Virus record (IMG/VR): IMGVR_UViG_3300048636_000162
Length of the DNA stretch: 44,734 nucleotides
Strand: one strand, 5' to 3'
From: a virus
Made by a program: the position numbers and the translations under genes. Position 1 is the first letter of the stretch, and each line of letters opens with the position of its first letter. A model generated the notes under the pieces. The model was not told the origin of the DNA. It worked only from the letters and a program-made list of their open reading frames with translations, and made no database searches. Of this stretch, positions 33,863 through 42,186 are shown piece after piece.

Positions 33863-34762
33863 CTAGACCTCGATGCCGAGGTCTTCCTCTTCCGTCTCTT
33901 CGACGGAACTCTCTTCTTCTGCCGCTGACTGCTCGGTCTGCGTGTCGTCCTCAGGAGCGACCTGAGGCTCATCATCCGTGACATCCGTCGCGAACTCGTC
34001 CGAGTGGACCCACTCTACAACGGTATCTACGAATGCGGGAAGGGCCATCTTCGTCGGCATCCCCGAGATGCGGCTCTTGGCGACGACGAGTGCGCTCGGC
34101 TGGCACTGAATCTCTCGGATGTGCTCACCGGAGCCGCTGAACCGGGCATTGACGAACCCGCACAGGTGCATCTTGCCGAGTACCTTCGACTGGATCTTCG
34201 GCGTCAGGTTCGGCTCCCAGTACTCGACCTCCTTCTTGACCTGCTTCTTGCCGTGGCCGACGAGAATGATATGCAGGTTCGGGATCTTGTGGAACTGGTT
34301 GATGATGGCCGTCGTCAGGAGGTCGATGGCCGACCAGTCCTTGCCAACCAGTTCGGGGAGTGGCTGGTCGGGAGCCACGTTGTGCTCCTCGCGCAGGTAG
34401 CGCTCCATCGCGTCCTCCACCATCGACGTGTACTCATCGAGGATGACGACGCGCACGTTCTTGAAGGCGGGGTGCCGGTTGGCTACGGCGTTGGCGATAG
34501 GCGGAAGCTCTCGGGTGTCCGTGACGCTGAGGTACTTGACGTTCCGCGTCGCCCAGTCCTTGCCCTTGAGCGTAATCCATCCATCTGACGAGTCCAGGTA
34601 CAGGATGTCTCCGTCGCCCCGAAGCTTCTGCGCGAGGCCCATAGCAACAGACGTTTTTCCAACACCTGGCTTTCCGAAAATCATTCCGATAAAGTCGCTG
34701 GGCGGAGTGGCGTGTTCCAAGTCAGTCATGCGACTCAGAATCGTGTCGAGCTTGGTAGGCAT
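33863..34762 (-). CDS. AAA_24 / Sak4-like RecA-fold ATPase (299 aa)
   Basis: Walker A is IFGKPGVGKTS, then ILYLDSSDG. The C-terminal tail is acidic. The start was re-picked at ATG 34762 (TGATG junction). Confidence 0.65.
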   Translation of the reverse strand: MPTKLDTILSRMTDLEHATPPSDFIGMIFGKPGVGKTSVAMGLAQKLRGDGDILYLDSSDGWITLKGKDWATRNVKYLSVTDTRELPPIANAVANRHPAFKNVRVVILDEYTSMVEDAMERYLREEHNVAPDQPLPELVGKDWSAIDLLTTAIINQFHKIPNLHIILVGHGKKQVKKEVEYWEPNLTPKIQSKVLGKMHLCGFVNARFSGSGEHIREIQCQPSALVVAKSRISGMPTKMALPAFVDTVVEWVHSDEFATDVTDDEPQVAPEDDTQTEQSAAEEESSVEETEEEDLGIEV

Positions 34763-35010
34763 CACAGCACCTCGCTGTTCGCAGGAAACATCACGGGATA
34801 CGCGCTCTTGTGGTAAGGCTCCAGCACCACAATGTTGAAGTGGGGGAGCCACCGGCCTGCCTTCTTCAAGGCTGCTTGAACGGCGTCAGAGGGAGTAATC
34901 GCGTAGTCCCAGAACTCGCTCATATCTACCGCTTCTGTCATGTACCACTTTCCTGACTCCTTGAAGTAGTCGACCCGAACCATTCCGGGATTTTCACTGT
35001 AGTTCGTCAT
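34762..35010 (-). CDS. Hypothetical protein (82 aa)
   Basis: ATG 35010 lies 2 nt after the upstream TGA (MTNYSENPGMVRVDYFKESGKWY...). Confidence 0.55.
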   Translation of the reverse strand: MTNYSENPGMVRVDYFKESGKWYMTEAVDMSEFWDYAITPSDAVQAALKKAGRWLPHFNIVVLEPYHKSAYPVMFPANSEVL

Positions 35011-35011
35011 C

Positions 35012-35914
35012 TCACTCGTTCTCCTCACTGATGGGGATTGTTCCCCGCTGTTCCTTTTGTTTGAACTCTGTCGCTTCAATCAGACGTGAATTTTTACCGT
35101 TCAGCTCTGCGGCACAGAGACTCTTGAAGCTACACCGCGAGCACGTCAGGCCGCTAGCTGTGCGATAGGCCAACACGTCCTGCTGCTCGACGGGAAGCTG
35201 GGTCAGGGCGTCAATCTCTCGTGCGACGTGGATCTGCTCGATGAAGGTGCGCTTGACCCGTCCTGCGGGGATGTCGAGGGGGCCGGTGAACTGGAGCATG
35301 TCGCCCAGTTGTGGGTCCTTCTTCTTGCGGGTGCGGATCATGTTGTACGCCCCGCCCTCGATCCTGTGGTTCAGCCCCCGAAGCGCGCCGATGTACTTGG
35401 GCAACTGCGGCAGAAGCTCCATTTCGGCGGGAGTGTAGTAGTCCCACACGAACTTGTTGTCGACGACGTAGGTGCGCCCAGCCGCGTCCTGCACGATGAG
35501 GTCGACCACGAACGGGTAGGACTTCCCCTCGTCGTACTCGATGTTGAACTCCTTCTCGACGGCCAGGACGCGGTACCCGTCGCCGAGGATCGGCTCGTTC
35601 TTGAAGTAGGTGTCGAACAGAAGTTCGCCCAGGTCGTACCGATTGCTCGGCACTTCGAGGTCCGGCAGAAGCTCGTCGGCCACCTTGCGCGCAGCAGTGA
35701 TGCCCTCAGGGATCGCCGCCTTCTGCTCGCTGTAGGTCTTACCTGCGGCCAGGAGCGTACTGTAGAACGCCTCCAGGATCTTGTGGCCCACGGACCCGAT
35801 AGCGAGACCCGATGAACTGTCGATGCGCTGGAGGTTGCGCGTGTAGCCGTAATAAACCTTCCTGCGGCAGGAGAGGTACGCATCTACCTTCGAGTGGCTT
35901 ACTGCTCCGCTCAT
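35012..35914 (-). CDS. PD-(D/E)XK nuclease of the Cas4/RecB-exonuclease type with four Cys for an Fe-S cluster
   Basis: An N-terminal Cys (YLSCRRK) plus C-terminal CSRCSFKSLC are present. The core is VVDLIVQD...YVVDNKF. Confidence 0.75.
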   Translation of the reverse strand: MSGAVSHSKVDAYLSCRRKVYYGYTRNLQRIDSSSGLAIGSVGHKILEAFYSTLLAAGKTYSEQKAAIPEGITAARKVADELLPDLEVPSNRYDLGELLFDTYFKNEPILGDGYRVLAVEKEFNIEYDEGKSYPFVVDLIVQDAAGRTYVVDNKFVWDYYTPAEMELLPQLPKYIGALRGLNHRIEGGAYNMIRTRKKKDPQLGDMLQFTGPLDIPAGRVKRTFIEQIHVAREIDALTQLPVEQQDVLAYRTASGLTCSRCSFKSLCAAELNGKNSRLIEATEFKQKEQRGTIPISEENE

Positions 35915-36447
35915 GGCTCAAGTCCGTGCCCGAGAATCGAACGTACCTGATGCACATACCAGATGCTTGCCTCGATGTCGTCCTTGGCTCGGTGTTTGTT
36001 GAGGGGCGGCAGTTCAAGCTCGGCACCCACTGAGGCCAGCACGAGTCGAAGAGTCGTGGCGTCGATGATCCGGTGGCTGAGCTTCTTCGACAGTCGAGGC
36101 ATCCATGAGTCGATGAAGGAGCGGTCGAAGTGAACGCTGTTCCCGAGCAGGTACACCGGCCCATCGGCCTCATCGAGTTCTCGGAGAAGCATGTCCTCTA
36201 CGTCATCGACGTGAAGCACGGCGCTGTTCAGGAGGTCGTCCCACAGGCCCGACTCGCGGTGCATGTTGAGCACGTACTCGTTGGTCTGCACCTTGAGCGC
36301 GGCGTCGGAGTTCATCTCGACCAGGAAACTGTTCGTCTCGGTCTGCTGCACCATGTGGTCGTCGAGTACCTGCCACGCGACTTCGAGGATGTAGTCCTCT
36401 TTGGCGTTGAGACCTGTCGTCTCCAGGTCGATTGCAAGGATGGTCAT
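35911..36447 (-). CDS. DnaQ-like DEDDh 3'-5' exonuclease
   Basis: Motifs ILAIDLETTGL, GNSVHFDRSFI and HRAKDDIEAS are present. Confidence 0.85.
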   Translation of the reverse strand: MTILAIDLETTGLNAKEDYILEVAWQVLDDHMVQQTETNSFLVEMNSDAALKVQTNEYVLNMHRESGLWDDLLNSAVLHVDDVEDMLLRELDEADGPVYLLGNSVHFDRSFIDSWMPRLSKKLSHRIIDATTLRLVLASVGAELELPPLNKHRAKDDIEASIWYVHQVRSILGHGLEP

Positions 36448-36476
36448 CTGTACTGCCTTTCTGTGGTGTACGTCTA

Positions 36477-36505
36477 ACGGTATCAGTCAAAGGGATTCTC
36501 GTCAA
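36477..36505 (-). promoter_or_regulatory. Candidate internal promoter upstream of the exonuclease genes
   Basis: Read on the minus strand: TTGACG (36505-36500), 17-nt spacer, TACCGT (36482-36477). The leader tagacgtacaccacagaaaggcagtacag and ATG 36447 follow. Confidence 0.5.
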
Positions 36506-37178
36506 GCACCGGGATGAACCCCAGCGGCTCGATGAGAAGAGCCTGATCCGGCTTATCGATGGGGTAGGGGCCTCGCTGAGCCTTCGGCGTGGCCCACCAC
36601 TCTTCGGATGCGGTCAACTCCTCTTCCGTAGCCTTGGTCAGCCCGTCATGGGCGTAGTAAGGCACCAGCGGCTCGTACTTCTCGTCAGCACTCGTTGGTC
36701 GCTTACCGTACTCCGGGTTGTTCAGCACATGCCACCTTTCGTGATCGATGGCGCAGATCATGTGAAGGTTGACCTTGATCGAGTTGTTGAGCGTGTTCTT
36801 GTCTGGCCCATGGTGAAGCTCACCGCGACTCGTCGTTCCCTCGGGAAGGTTCTCGTGCTTCTTGACCGCAGCGACCTTATTGCCCCGGCATCCGACGATG
36901 GGGTGAACTCCTCCACCTGACCACTTCAGGCCCGCCCACTCGCAGACCTCACCGTTGTAGATGGGTCGGAGCATGGCCGCACGCTTACGCCCCGTCGACA
37001 GGAAGTCCTTGACCTCGGAGGGATCGGAAACGGGACGCCCAACCGACCGCTTCTCGCTCTCCTCGACTGCTGTAGAGACAGCACCGCATGGCGTGATGAG
37101 GCCGGTCTCCTCGTCCAGGGTGGGGTTGACGCACTCCTCCCAGAATCCGACAGCGCAGTATCGGCACAAGGAAGTCAT
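36483..37178 (-). CDS. HNH-like nuclease with an N-terminal Cys cluster; C-terminus ends DENPFD (231 aa)
   Basis: ELHHGPDKNTLNNS...NLHMICAIDHERWH and CRYCAVGFWEEC are present. The start was re-picked at ATG 37178 (ATGA junction); the track ORF extends to 37451. Confidence 0.5.
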   Translation of the reverse strand: MTSLCRYCAVGFWEECVNPTLDEETGLITPCGAVSTAVEESEKRSVGRPVSDPSEVKDFLSTGRKRAAMLRPIYNGEVCEWAGLKWSGGGVHPIVGCRGNKVAAVKKHENLPEGTTSRGELHHGPDKNTLNNSIKVNLHMICAIDHERWHVLNNPEYGKRPTSADEKYEPLVPYYAHDGLTKATEEELTASEEWWATPKAQRGPYPIDKPDQALLIEPLGFIPVLDENPFD

Positions 37179-37564
37179 AGAGAAGTCCCCGGATCGGTCG
37201 GTTGGGAGCCTTGGAACCGCCCCATCACGGCCATGCAGTCGCCGATGAAGTCGCCCGCCTGCCGCAGGAACTGCCCTTCCTGCCAGCGAGGCATGTTGCC
37301 GGTTACGGGCACGTCGTACTTCTCCGCGATTTCCCAGAATGCCTCCTGCACTGTCGGGGCTTCGGCAATAGCCTCGTTGCAGTCGGTGTCGTCCGGCCAG
37401 GTCTCCCGAGGGCTGACGTAGCCCGTCGAACCGGTGTGCTTCTCGACCCACAGGATGCGTGGGCCATCGCCCTGCATCGAGTGGAACCCGCGATGGCCGA
37501 CCTCTAGGTCGCAGGTGACCGAATCAAAGTCGATCCCCGCACTAGCGCTACAGCGAACAGTCAT
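37175..37564 (-). CDS. Hypothetical protein (129 aa)
   Basis: Track ORF with ATGA junctions at both ends. Confidence 0.6.
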   Translation of the reverse strand: MTVRCSASAGIDFDSVTCDLEVGHRGFHSMQGDGPRILWVEKHTGSTGYVSPRETWPDDTDCNEAIAEAPTVQEAFWEIAEKYDVPVTGNMPRWQEGQFLRQAGDFIGDCMAVMGRFQGSQPTDPGTSL

Positions 37565-37773
37565 GGTCGGATCACCATCGGAAGCACCTCGTTGCCGTTC
37601 CAGTCAATGGATGAGTCGCATACCCAGCAGTCCGTGAAGCCTTCCCATTCGTTTGGCCCCTCTGCGATTCGCTCAGCGGCTTCATCAGGAGACTCGGGGT
37701 GCGGAGCCACGACGAACACCGCTGAGCATTCGGGGTTGGTGCAATTGCCCGCGTAGGCCATGCGTTCGTTCAC
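37561..37773 (-). CDS. Small zinc-ribbon-like protein (about 70 aa)
   Basis: gaaggagag SD precedes GTG 37773 (alternative ATG 37761). CTNPEC...CWVC is present. Confidence 0.5.
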   Translation of the reverse strand: MNERMAYAGNCTNPECSAVFVVAPHPESPDEAAERIAEGPNEWEGFTDCWVCDSSIDWNGNEVLPMVIRP

Positions 37774-37816
37774 TGGTTCTCTCCTTCGGTTGTGGCACCA
37801 TCCGTGTGTTCTGTAC

Positions 37817-39760
37817 TCATAGGATCTCTCCGTTCTTGATTGCCTCGACAAGGCTCATTGCCTCTGCCTGGCCTACCGTAGCGTCATAGCCCGCCTTGAA
37901 CTGATCCAGTGTGTCCTGCTTCTGGTCGTTCAACTGCCGAAGCCACGTATCGATGGACCCCTTGAGGTAGTAGCGATACACCGTCGACTCGTGAATGCTG
38001 TTCAGGCGGTGAACTCGACCACGACTCTGCGCCTGCTTCCCAGGGGACCACTCCTGATCAAGCTCATGCACAACGGTTGCGCCGTTCAGGTTGAGTCCGG
38101 TCCCACCGCTGCGGTACTGCGCCAACAGAACGTGCCACTTGTGCAGGGTTCGCTCCTGGCTATCGGGTCCGAAGTCTTCCTGAATCGCGCGCCGCTGGGC
38201 CTTGGACGTGTCTCCGTCGAGTCGTGCCGTCGAAATGCCCAGTTCGTCGAGTCGGCGGGCAAGCTCCTTCAGCGCCGTCTTGAACTGGCTGAAGACGATC
38301 TGTCGTCGTCCCTCTTCGTGGTTGCGGACGATGCTCTCGACAACGCGGTCCAGCTTGATCGACTCCACAACCTCGTCGCCGAGGTCGATGAGCACCTTTT
38401 CGGTGCCATCGTCCAGCTTCTCGACCACACGGATTCCGCCTGGATAAACCGCTGCTTGCCTTTTTCGTGTTATAAGCGCAATCAGCGCCATGATCGGCAC
38501 GACCTCACCTTCTCCACTTGGCAGGGACAGCATGGCCGCCTCGTTGATGTCGTGCATGACCTTGGCCTGAAGCGGGTACGCCTTCGGGTCGAAGTCGATC
38601 ATCACGTCTTCGCGGTGCTGCTCGGGAAGCTTGAGGCCGACCTCGACCTTCGTCCGGGCCAGGAAGCGGCCCTTCAGGTAGGGCTGGAGTCGGTCGATGG
38701 AGCCGTCTCGGAGGACCCACCGGCCCGTGAAGTAGGACTTCATGAGGAAGGTGTCGGAGTACCAACGGAACGTCGGCACAGCCACAGGGTCGATGAGGTG
38801 CAGCAAGGCGAAGAGGTCGCCGGGGTGGTTGAGGATCGGCGTGCCGGTCATGAGCAGAAGATTCTTGACGCTCTTGGTCGCCAGGAACTCGTCGAGAGAG
38901 TTGGCGTAGGTCTTGCCGGTGGCTTCCCCGGTCTTCCAGCCACAGTAACGGCAGGACTTGGCCGTCTTGTGCTTCGGGTTGTCGGGGTCGACGTGGTACA
39001 GCCCCATGATGAGGTGTCCGCACTTGGCACACACGTTGTCACTGAGCGTGAGGGACTGGATGTTCTTGAAGTTGCCGGTCTTGGTCGCCTTGAGCGCGTG
39101 AGCCTCATCGACGACCACGGTGTCAGCCTGCCACTGGATAAGCTTGCCGAGTACCTTGCGGTCGGAACGCCATGCCTCGTAGTTGACGACGGCCACAGCG
39201 TTGTCGTGACGGAGAAGGCGGGACAGCTCCTTGGATCGCGTCTCAGGGGAGAGTCCGCCGAGCACGATGACCGGGCGGTGGGGAGCAAGCTCTCGCACCT
39301 CCTGGGCGAACTGGGGGACGATGTTGTTCTCGGTGACGATAATGACCTTGTTGGCGCGCACGAGGTCCAGGTAGCCGATGGCCTGGCCGGACTTGCCCAT
39401 GCCGACCTCATCGCCCAAGATCCATCTGCGGGCCACTGCGCCGAAGCACACGCCCTGCCACTGGAAGGTGTAGTCACCCTGCATCCGGGCGTACCAGGGC
39501 TTGTCGTGGGCGATGCGGAGGAAGGCGGCTTCGAGTCGGGCACGCTGATCTGCCTGCGTCTTGGCACGCTCGTCAGCCTCAGCGAGTGCGGCCTCTCGGT
39601 TGGCACGGGTCCGCTGCTCCTGCTCATGTCGCTTAGCGGCCTCTGCGGCGGCGTGTGCGGCATGAGCATCGGCCATTGCCTCGACGGCCTCGATCTGAGC
39701 GGCACGGGCCTTCACAGCCTCCTGTGCCGCCTGCCGAGAGGCTTCCAGCGTGTCAGTCAT
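37817..39760 (-). CDS. SNF2-family helicase/translocase with an inserted Cys4 finger
   Basis: Motif I is GDEVGMGKSGQ and motif II is VVVDEAHALK. TGTPILN, GGTGLNL and QAQSRGRVHR are present. The insert is CAKCGH...CRYCGW. Confidence 0.9.
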   Translation of the reverse strand: MTDTLEASRQAAQEAVKARAAQIEAVEAMADAHAAHAAAEAAKRHEQEQRTRANREAALAEADERAKTQADQRARLEAAFLRIAHDKPWYARMQGDYTFQWQGVCFGAVARRWILGDEVGMGKSGQAIGYLDLVRANKVIIVTENNIVPQFAQEVRELAPHRPVIVLGGLSPETRSKELSRLLRHDNAVAVVNYEAWRSDRKVLGKLIQWQADTVVVDEAHALKATKTGNFKNIQSLTLSDNVCAKCGHLIMGLYHVDPDNPKHKTAKSCRYCGWKTGEATGKTYANSLDEFLATKSVKNLLLMTGTPILNHPGDLFALLHLIDPVAVPTFRWYSDTFLMKSYFTGRWVLRDGSIDRLQPYLKGRFLARTKVEVGLKLPEQHREDVMIDFDPKAYPLQAKVMHDINEAAMLSLPSGEGEVVPIMALIALITRKRQAAVYPGGIRVVEKLDDGTEKVLIDLGDEVVESIKLDRVVESIVRNHEEGRRQIVFSQFKTALKELARRLDELGISTARLDGDTSKAQRRAIQEDFGPDSQERTLHKWHVLLAQYRSGGTGLNLNGATVVHELDQEWSPGKQAQSRGRVHRLNSIHESTVYRYYLKGSIDTWLRQLNDQKQDTLDQFKAGYDATVGQAEAMSLVEAIKNGEIL

Positions 39761-40115
39761 TGCGGCTCACTACAGGAAAAGTGACATGACTGTCTCCGTT
39801 GGGGTTGATTCGTGCCCAGTACTCATCCTCGGACTCGTCCCAAACCCACGTTCCAAGGGGCGGAAAGAAAGCGAGTTCATCGAGTTCGATTTGCTCGACC
39901 CACCCCTCGGCAGCACCCTTTGATGCGAAGTGCTCGAACGTTTCTTTCCAGTGATGGAACCGCGCTACCTCGACAGGATCAGGCTCCTCACGGTGCCCCT
40001 TGCGCTGGTTTCGAGCAATGAGCTGAATGAGGGCTTCCTGCTTAGTAAGCTCTCGCTGAATCGCCTCATTGAAGTTCGCCACGATAGGGTGGGGAATGAA
40101 GGGCTTCTCACTCAT
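39753..40115 (-). CDS. Hypothetical protein (120 aa)
   Basis: Track ORF. It overlaps the SNF2 start by 8 nt. Confidence 0.6.
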   Translation of the reverse strand: MSEKPFIPHPIVANFNEAIQRELTKQEALIQLIARNQRKGHREEPDPVEVARFHHWKETFEHFASKGAAEGWVEQIELDELAFFPPLGTWVWDESEDEYWARINPNGDSHVTFPVVSRND

Positions 40116-40566
40116 CTGTCTCTCCTAGCTGCTCTTTCCAGTCTGGTTCGTTTCTCACTGCGTACACGTTGCGGTACATCTCACTGAACACTGTTGCCAG
40201 TGTACGGAAGTTTGTCAAGAAAGTTTCGATGTCTGTATCCTGACCCATGCTGTCGATCACATCGACCAGCTCGTCACGCTGAGAGTTCCAGACGTTGAGG
40301 GTCTGGTGCAGCGGAAGCATCGGCTTGGAGGGCATCTTCATGTCGACACGGGCGGACCACGGAAGGGTGTCGTGCGTCGGCTCTTCCCAGTCGCTCGGGA
40401 AACTCCATCTGCGAGGCCAGGACGTGTCCTCCACAGCGCCGAGTTCGGTCAGCGCTTGCCGAATCGTGTTACGGCTGTAGGGAAGCGCCTGGAGCATGTC
40501 TTTGAGGGACGCACTGCCTACCCGCTTGAGGTAGTCACGCACCTCACTGCGTCGCTCTGCTTTCAT
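40108..40566 (-). CDS. Putative winged-helix DNA-binding protein (152 aa)
   Basis: gaaggag SD precedes ATG 40566. The N-terminus VRDYLKRVGSASLKDMLQALPYSRNTIRQALTELGAV looks wHTH-like. Confidence 0.5.
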   Translation of the reverse strand: MKAERRSEVRDYLKRVGSASLKDMLQALPYSRNTIRQALTELGAVEDTSWPRRWSFPSDWEEPTHDTLPWSARVDMKMPSKPMLPLHQTLNVWNSQRDELVDVIDSMGQDTDIETFLTNFRTLATVFSEMYRNVYAVRNEPDWKEQLGETDE

Positions 40567-40706
40567 GATGCAAGCTCCTTCAGAATGTCCTGGCACTCGT
40601 GCCAGGCGTCATGCGACGCACGGTCAATGACAGGAATGTCGCACTCACCGCAATAGCGACGTTGCCCGGACCTGTCGAGGGGGAGAGGACGATATCTGTG
40701 TCTCAC
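40563..40706 (-). CDS. Tiny Cys/His protein (47 aa), below the track cutoff
   Basis: GTGA junction upstream and ATGA junction downstream. The sequence is RRYCGECDIPVIDRASHDAWHEC. Confidence 0.45.
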   Translation of the reverse strand: MRHRYRPLPLDRSGQRRYCGECDIPVIDRASHDAWHECQDILKELAS

Positions 40707-40954
40707 GTTGTCACCCGACTCTCAGCGTTATGCCACCCGTTACGCTCCCCGTAGAGGAAGGACTTCAGGGGCGTGTCGTCAGGGCCGGTCTTGCCTCGGT
40801 GATGCGAGTGGACTTCGCCTCGCTCTACCGCCTTGCGGATCGACTCCACGTTACGGAATCTGTATCCGTTGCAGTACCCGCACCCTCCCTCAAGGCAAGT
40901 GAGGTCAGGATAGGGCCAACAGATTCGTCTTTGAATGGTGCCTGGCTTGATCAT
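40703..40954 (-). CDS. Small Cys-rich protein (83 aa)
   Basis: ATG 40954 (MIKPGTIQRRICWPYPDLTCLEGGCGYCNGY...). The upstream part of track ORF 40703-41143 is discounted. Confidence 0.5.
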   Translation of the reverse strand: MIKPGTIQRRICWPYPDLTCLEGGCGYCNGYRFRNVESIRKAVERGEVHSHHRGKTGPDDTPLKSFLYGERNGWHNAESRVTT

Positions 40955-41061
40955 TTCTTGTCGTCCCTCTCCTTGAGTGCGTTGTGGTAACCGATTCCTG
41001 ACCCGATGAACATGCCGATGCAGAGCCAGAAGACCGCAATGGCGATAGCTACTGTGTCCAC
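40951..41061 (-). CDS. Tiny membrane peptide (36 aa)
   Basis: GTG 41061. VDTVAIAIAVFWLCIGMFIGSGIGY is hydrophobic. Its TGA overlaps the next ATG. Confidence 0.4.
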   Translation of the reverse strand: MDTVAIAIAVFWLCIGMFIGSGIGYHNALKERDDKK

Positions 41062-41174
41062 GGAATGTCCTCGATCTCGTCGTAGTAGATGGACTCCTCA
41101 CCCAGAAGTACCTCTTTGGCCTGCTGCCAGGGAGTGAGGTCATCCCACTCCGGAGCGGTGTCCTTGCGCGTCAC
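41049..41174 (-). CDS. Tiny acidic protein (41 aa)
   Basis: atggagga SD lies 6 nt before GTG 41174 (VTRKDTAPEWDDLTPWQQAKEVLLGEESIYYDEIEDIPWTQ). Confidence 0.45.
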   Translation of the reverse strand: MTRKDTAPEWDDLTPWQQAKEVLLGEESIYYDEIEDIPWTQ

Positions 41175-41254
41175 AGCCGATCCTCCATTTGATCTGCCAA
41201 CAGGGTTGCGGTGAAGAGGAGAACGCCGAAGGCCACGATGCCGAGGTAGATCAC
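41171..41254 (-). CDS. Tiny membrane peptide (27 aa)
   Basis: GTGA junctions at both ends. VIYLGIVAFGVLLFTATLLA is hydrophobic. Confidence 0.35.
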   Translation of the reverse strand: MIYLGIVAFGVLLFTATLLADQMEDRL

Positions 41255-41397
41255 TTGGCACCGTCCGATGCATCCAGAGCGGCGTTGTAGCCCGCGATGT
41301 AGGCGTCCCGCTCGGCTTCCCGCGTCGCCAGATCATCCAGGCCCCAGTTGACGTGCTGATTCAGGTAACGCTCGGCGGCGGTCTCTGCTGCGCTCAT
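41251..41397 (-). CDS. Small hypothetical protein (48 aa)
   Basis: ATG 41397 lies in an ATGA junction with the pentapeptide gene stop (MSAAETAAERYLNQHVNWGLDDL...). The rest of track ORF 41251-41625 is a repeat-frame artefact. Confidence 0.5.
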   Translation of the reverse strand: MSAAETAAERYLNQHVNWGLDDLATREAERDAYIAGYNAALDASDGAK

Positions 41398-42152
41398 CGC
41401 AGCCCCCCAAGACGGCGGATCTCTTCGTCTGACCAGCCGGGAGGCAGGTCGGCTCCGCGCAGGTTGGCTCCGTGCAGGTCGGCTCCGTGCAGGTCGGCTC
41501 CGTGCAGGTTGGCTCCGTGCAGGTCGGCTCCGCGCAGGTCGGCTCCGTACAGGTCGGCTCCGTGCAGGTCGGCTCCGTGCAGGTCGGCTCCGTGCAGGTC
41601 GGCTCCGCGCAGGTCGGCTCTGCACAGGTCGGCTCCGCGCAGGTCGGCTCCGTACAGGTCGGCTCCGCGCAGGTTGGCTCCGCGCAGGTTGGCTCCGCGC
41701 AGGTCGGCTCCGTACAGGTTGGCTCCGCGCAGGTTGGCTCCGCGCAGGTCGGCTCCGTACAGGTCGGCTCCGTACAGGTGCTGTCGGGCAAGGGCTTCCC
41801 CATCAATGCGCTCGACGACACGAACCTGTGGGACGCGCAGCTTGCCCCCTTCATCTCCTCGTGCCTCTTCGAATCGGTAAGCGACGAGAAGCAGACAGAG
41901 CGCCCGGAAACCTCCACTTGCCATTCCGGCCCACGTTGTTGCTACACACAGTCCGTCACCTTCTCGGCGGGGGCATGACGAGTCGTGGCTGTCAAGCTCG
42001 TAGCGAGAGGTCTCCTGCCCCGGCTCCGGCCACACAAACCCGTTTCGGGTCTTGCCGTCGAACCCAATGGATTTGATTCCCCAGGAGTCATAGCCCTCAG
42101 GGAGTTCCCGACCCTCTGTGATGATGTCGAGGGGGTTACGGTACTCAGCCAT
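41394..42152 (-). CDS. Pentapeptide-repeat protein: roughly 125-aa N-terminal domain plus 22 consecutive A(D/N)LxG repeats
   Basis: The C-terminal half reads LYGADLYGADLRGANLRGANLYGADL...HGANLRGADL. ATG 42152 follows the leader caccacgacgaaaggcaagatca. Confidence 0.85.
   Translation of the reverse strand: MAEYRNPLDIITEGRELPEGYDSWGIKSIGFDGKTRNGFVWPEPGQETSRYELDSHDSSCPRREGDGLCVATTWAGMASGGFRALCLLLVAYRFEEARGDEGGKLRVPQVRVVERIDGEALARQHLYGADLYGADLRGANLRGANLYGADLRGANLRGANLRGADLYGADLRGADLCRADLRGADLHGADLHGADLHGADLYGADLRGADLHGANLHGADLHGADLHGANLRGADLPPGWSDEEIRRLGGLR
41446..41775. repeat. 22 head-to-tail 15-bp units (aggtYggctccgYRc on the + strand) encoding the pentapeptide repeats
   Basis: Units were counted by hand. 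Variation is confined to unit positions 5, 11, 13 and 14. Confidence 0.9.
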
Positions 42153-42186
42153 TGATCTTGCCTTTCGTCGTGGTGTGAACAGTTTA

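Noticed and set aside
36483-37451. The N-terminal 91-aa extension of the HNH-like ORF. Similar extensions occur in track ORFs 33863-34852, 34762-35079, 40108-40596, 40703-41143, 42187-42456, 42299-42670, 43305-43631 and 19771-20523.
   Set aside because: The extensions overlap the upstream gene and are Arg/Pro/Ser-rich. They are superseded by internal starts that sit in ATGA/TGATG junctions or behind GAAAGG/GGAGG SD sites.
41446-41775. The regular short repeat array could be mistaken for a CRISPR array or a satellite.
   Set aside because: The units abut directly with no spacers. The period is 15 bp, and the array is in frame within a protein-coding gene.
41333-41978. Several 160-200-aa ORFs in other frames and on the other strand across the 15-bp repeat (TCTEPTCAEP..., SAPRRLAPCR..., VGSVQVGSAQ..., RPARSRPARS...).
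   Set aside because: A 15-bp periodic repeat is open in all six frames by construction. Only the A(D/N)LxG frame joins a non-repetitive N-terminal domain, a leader/SD and coupled downstream genes.
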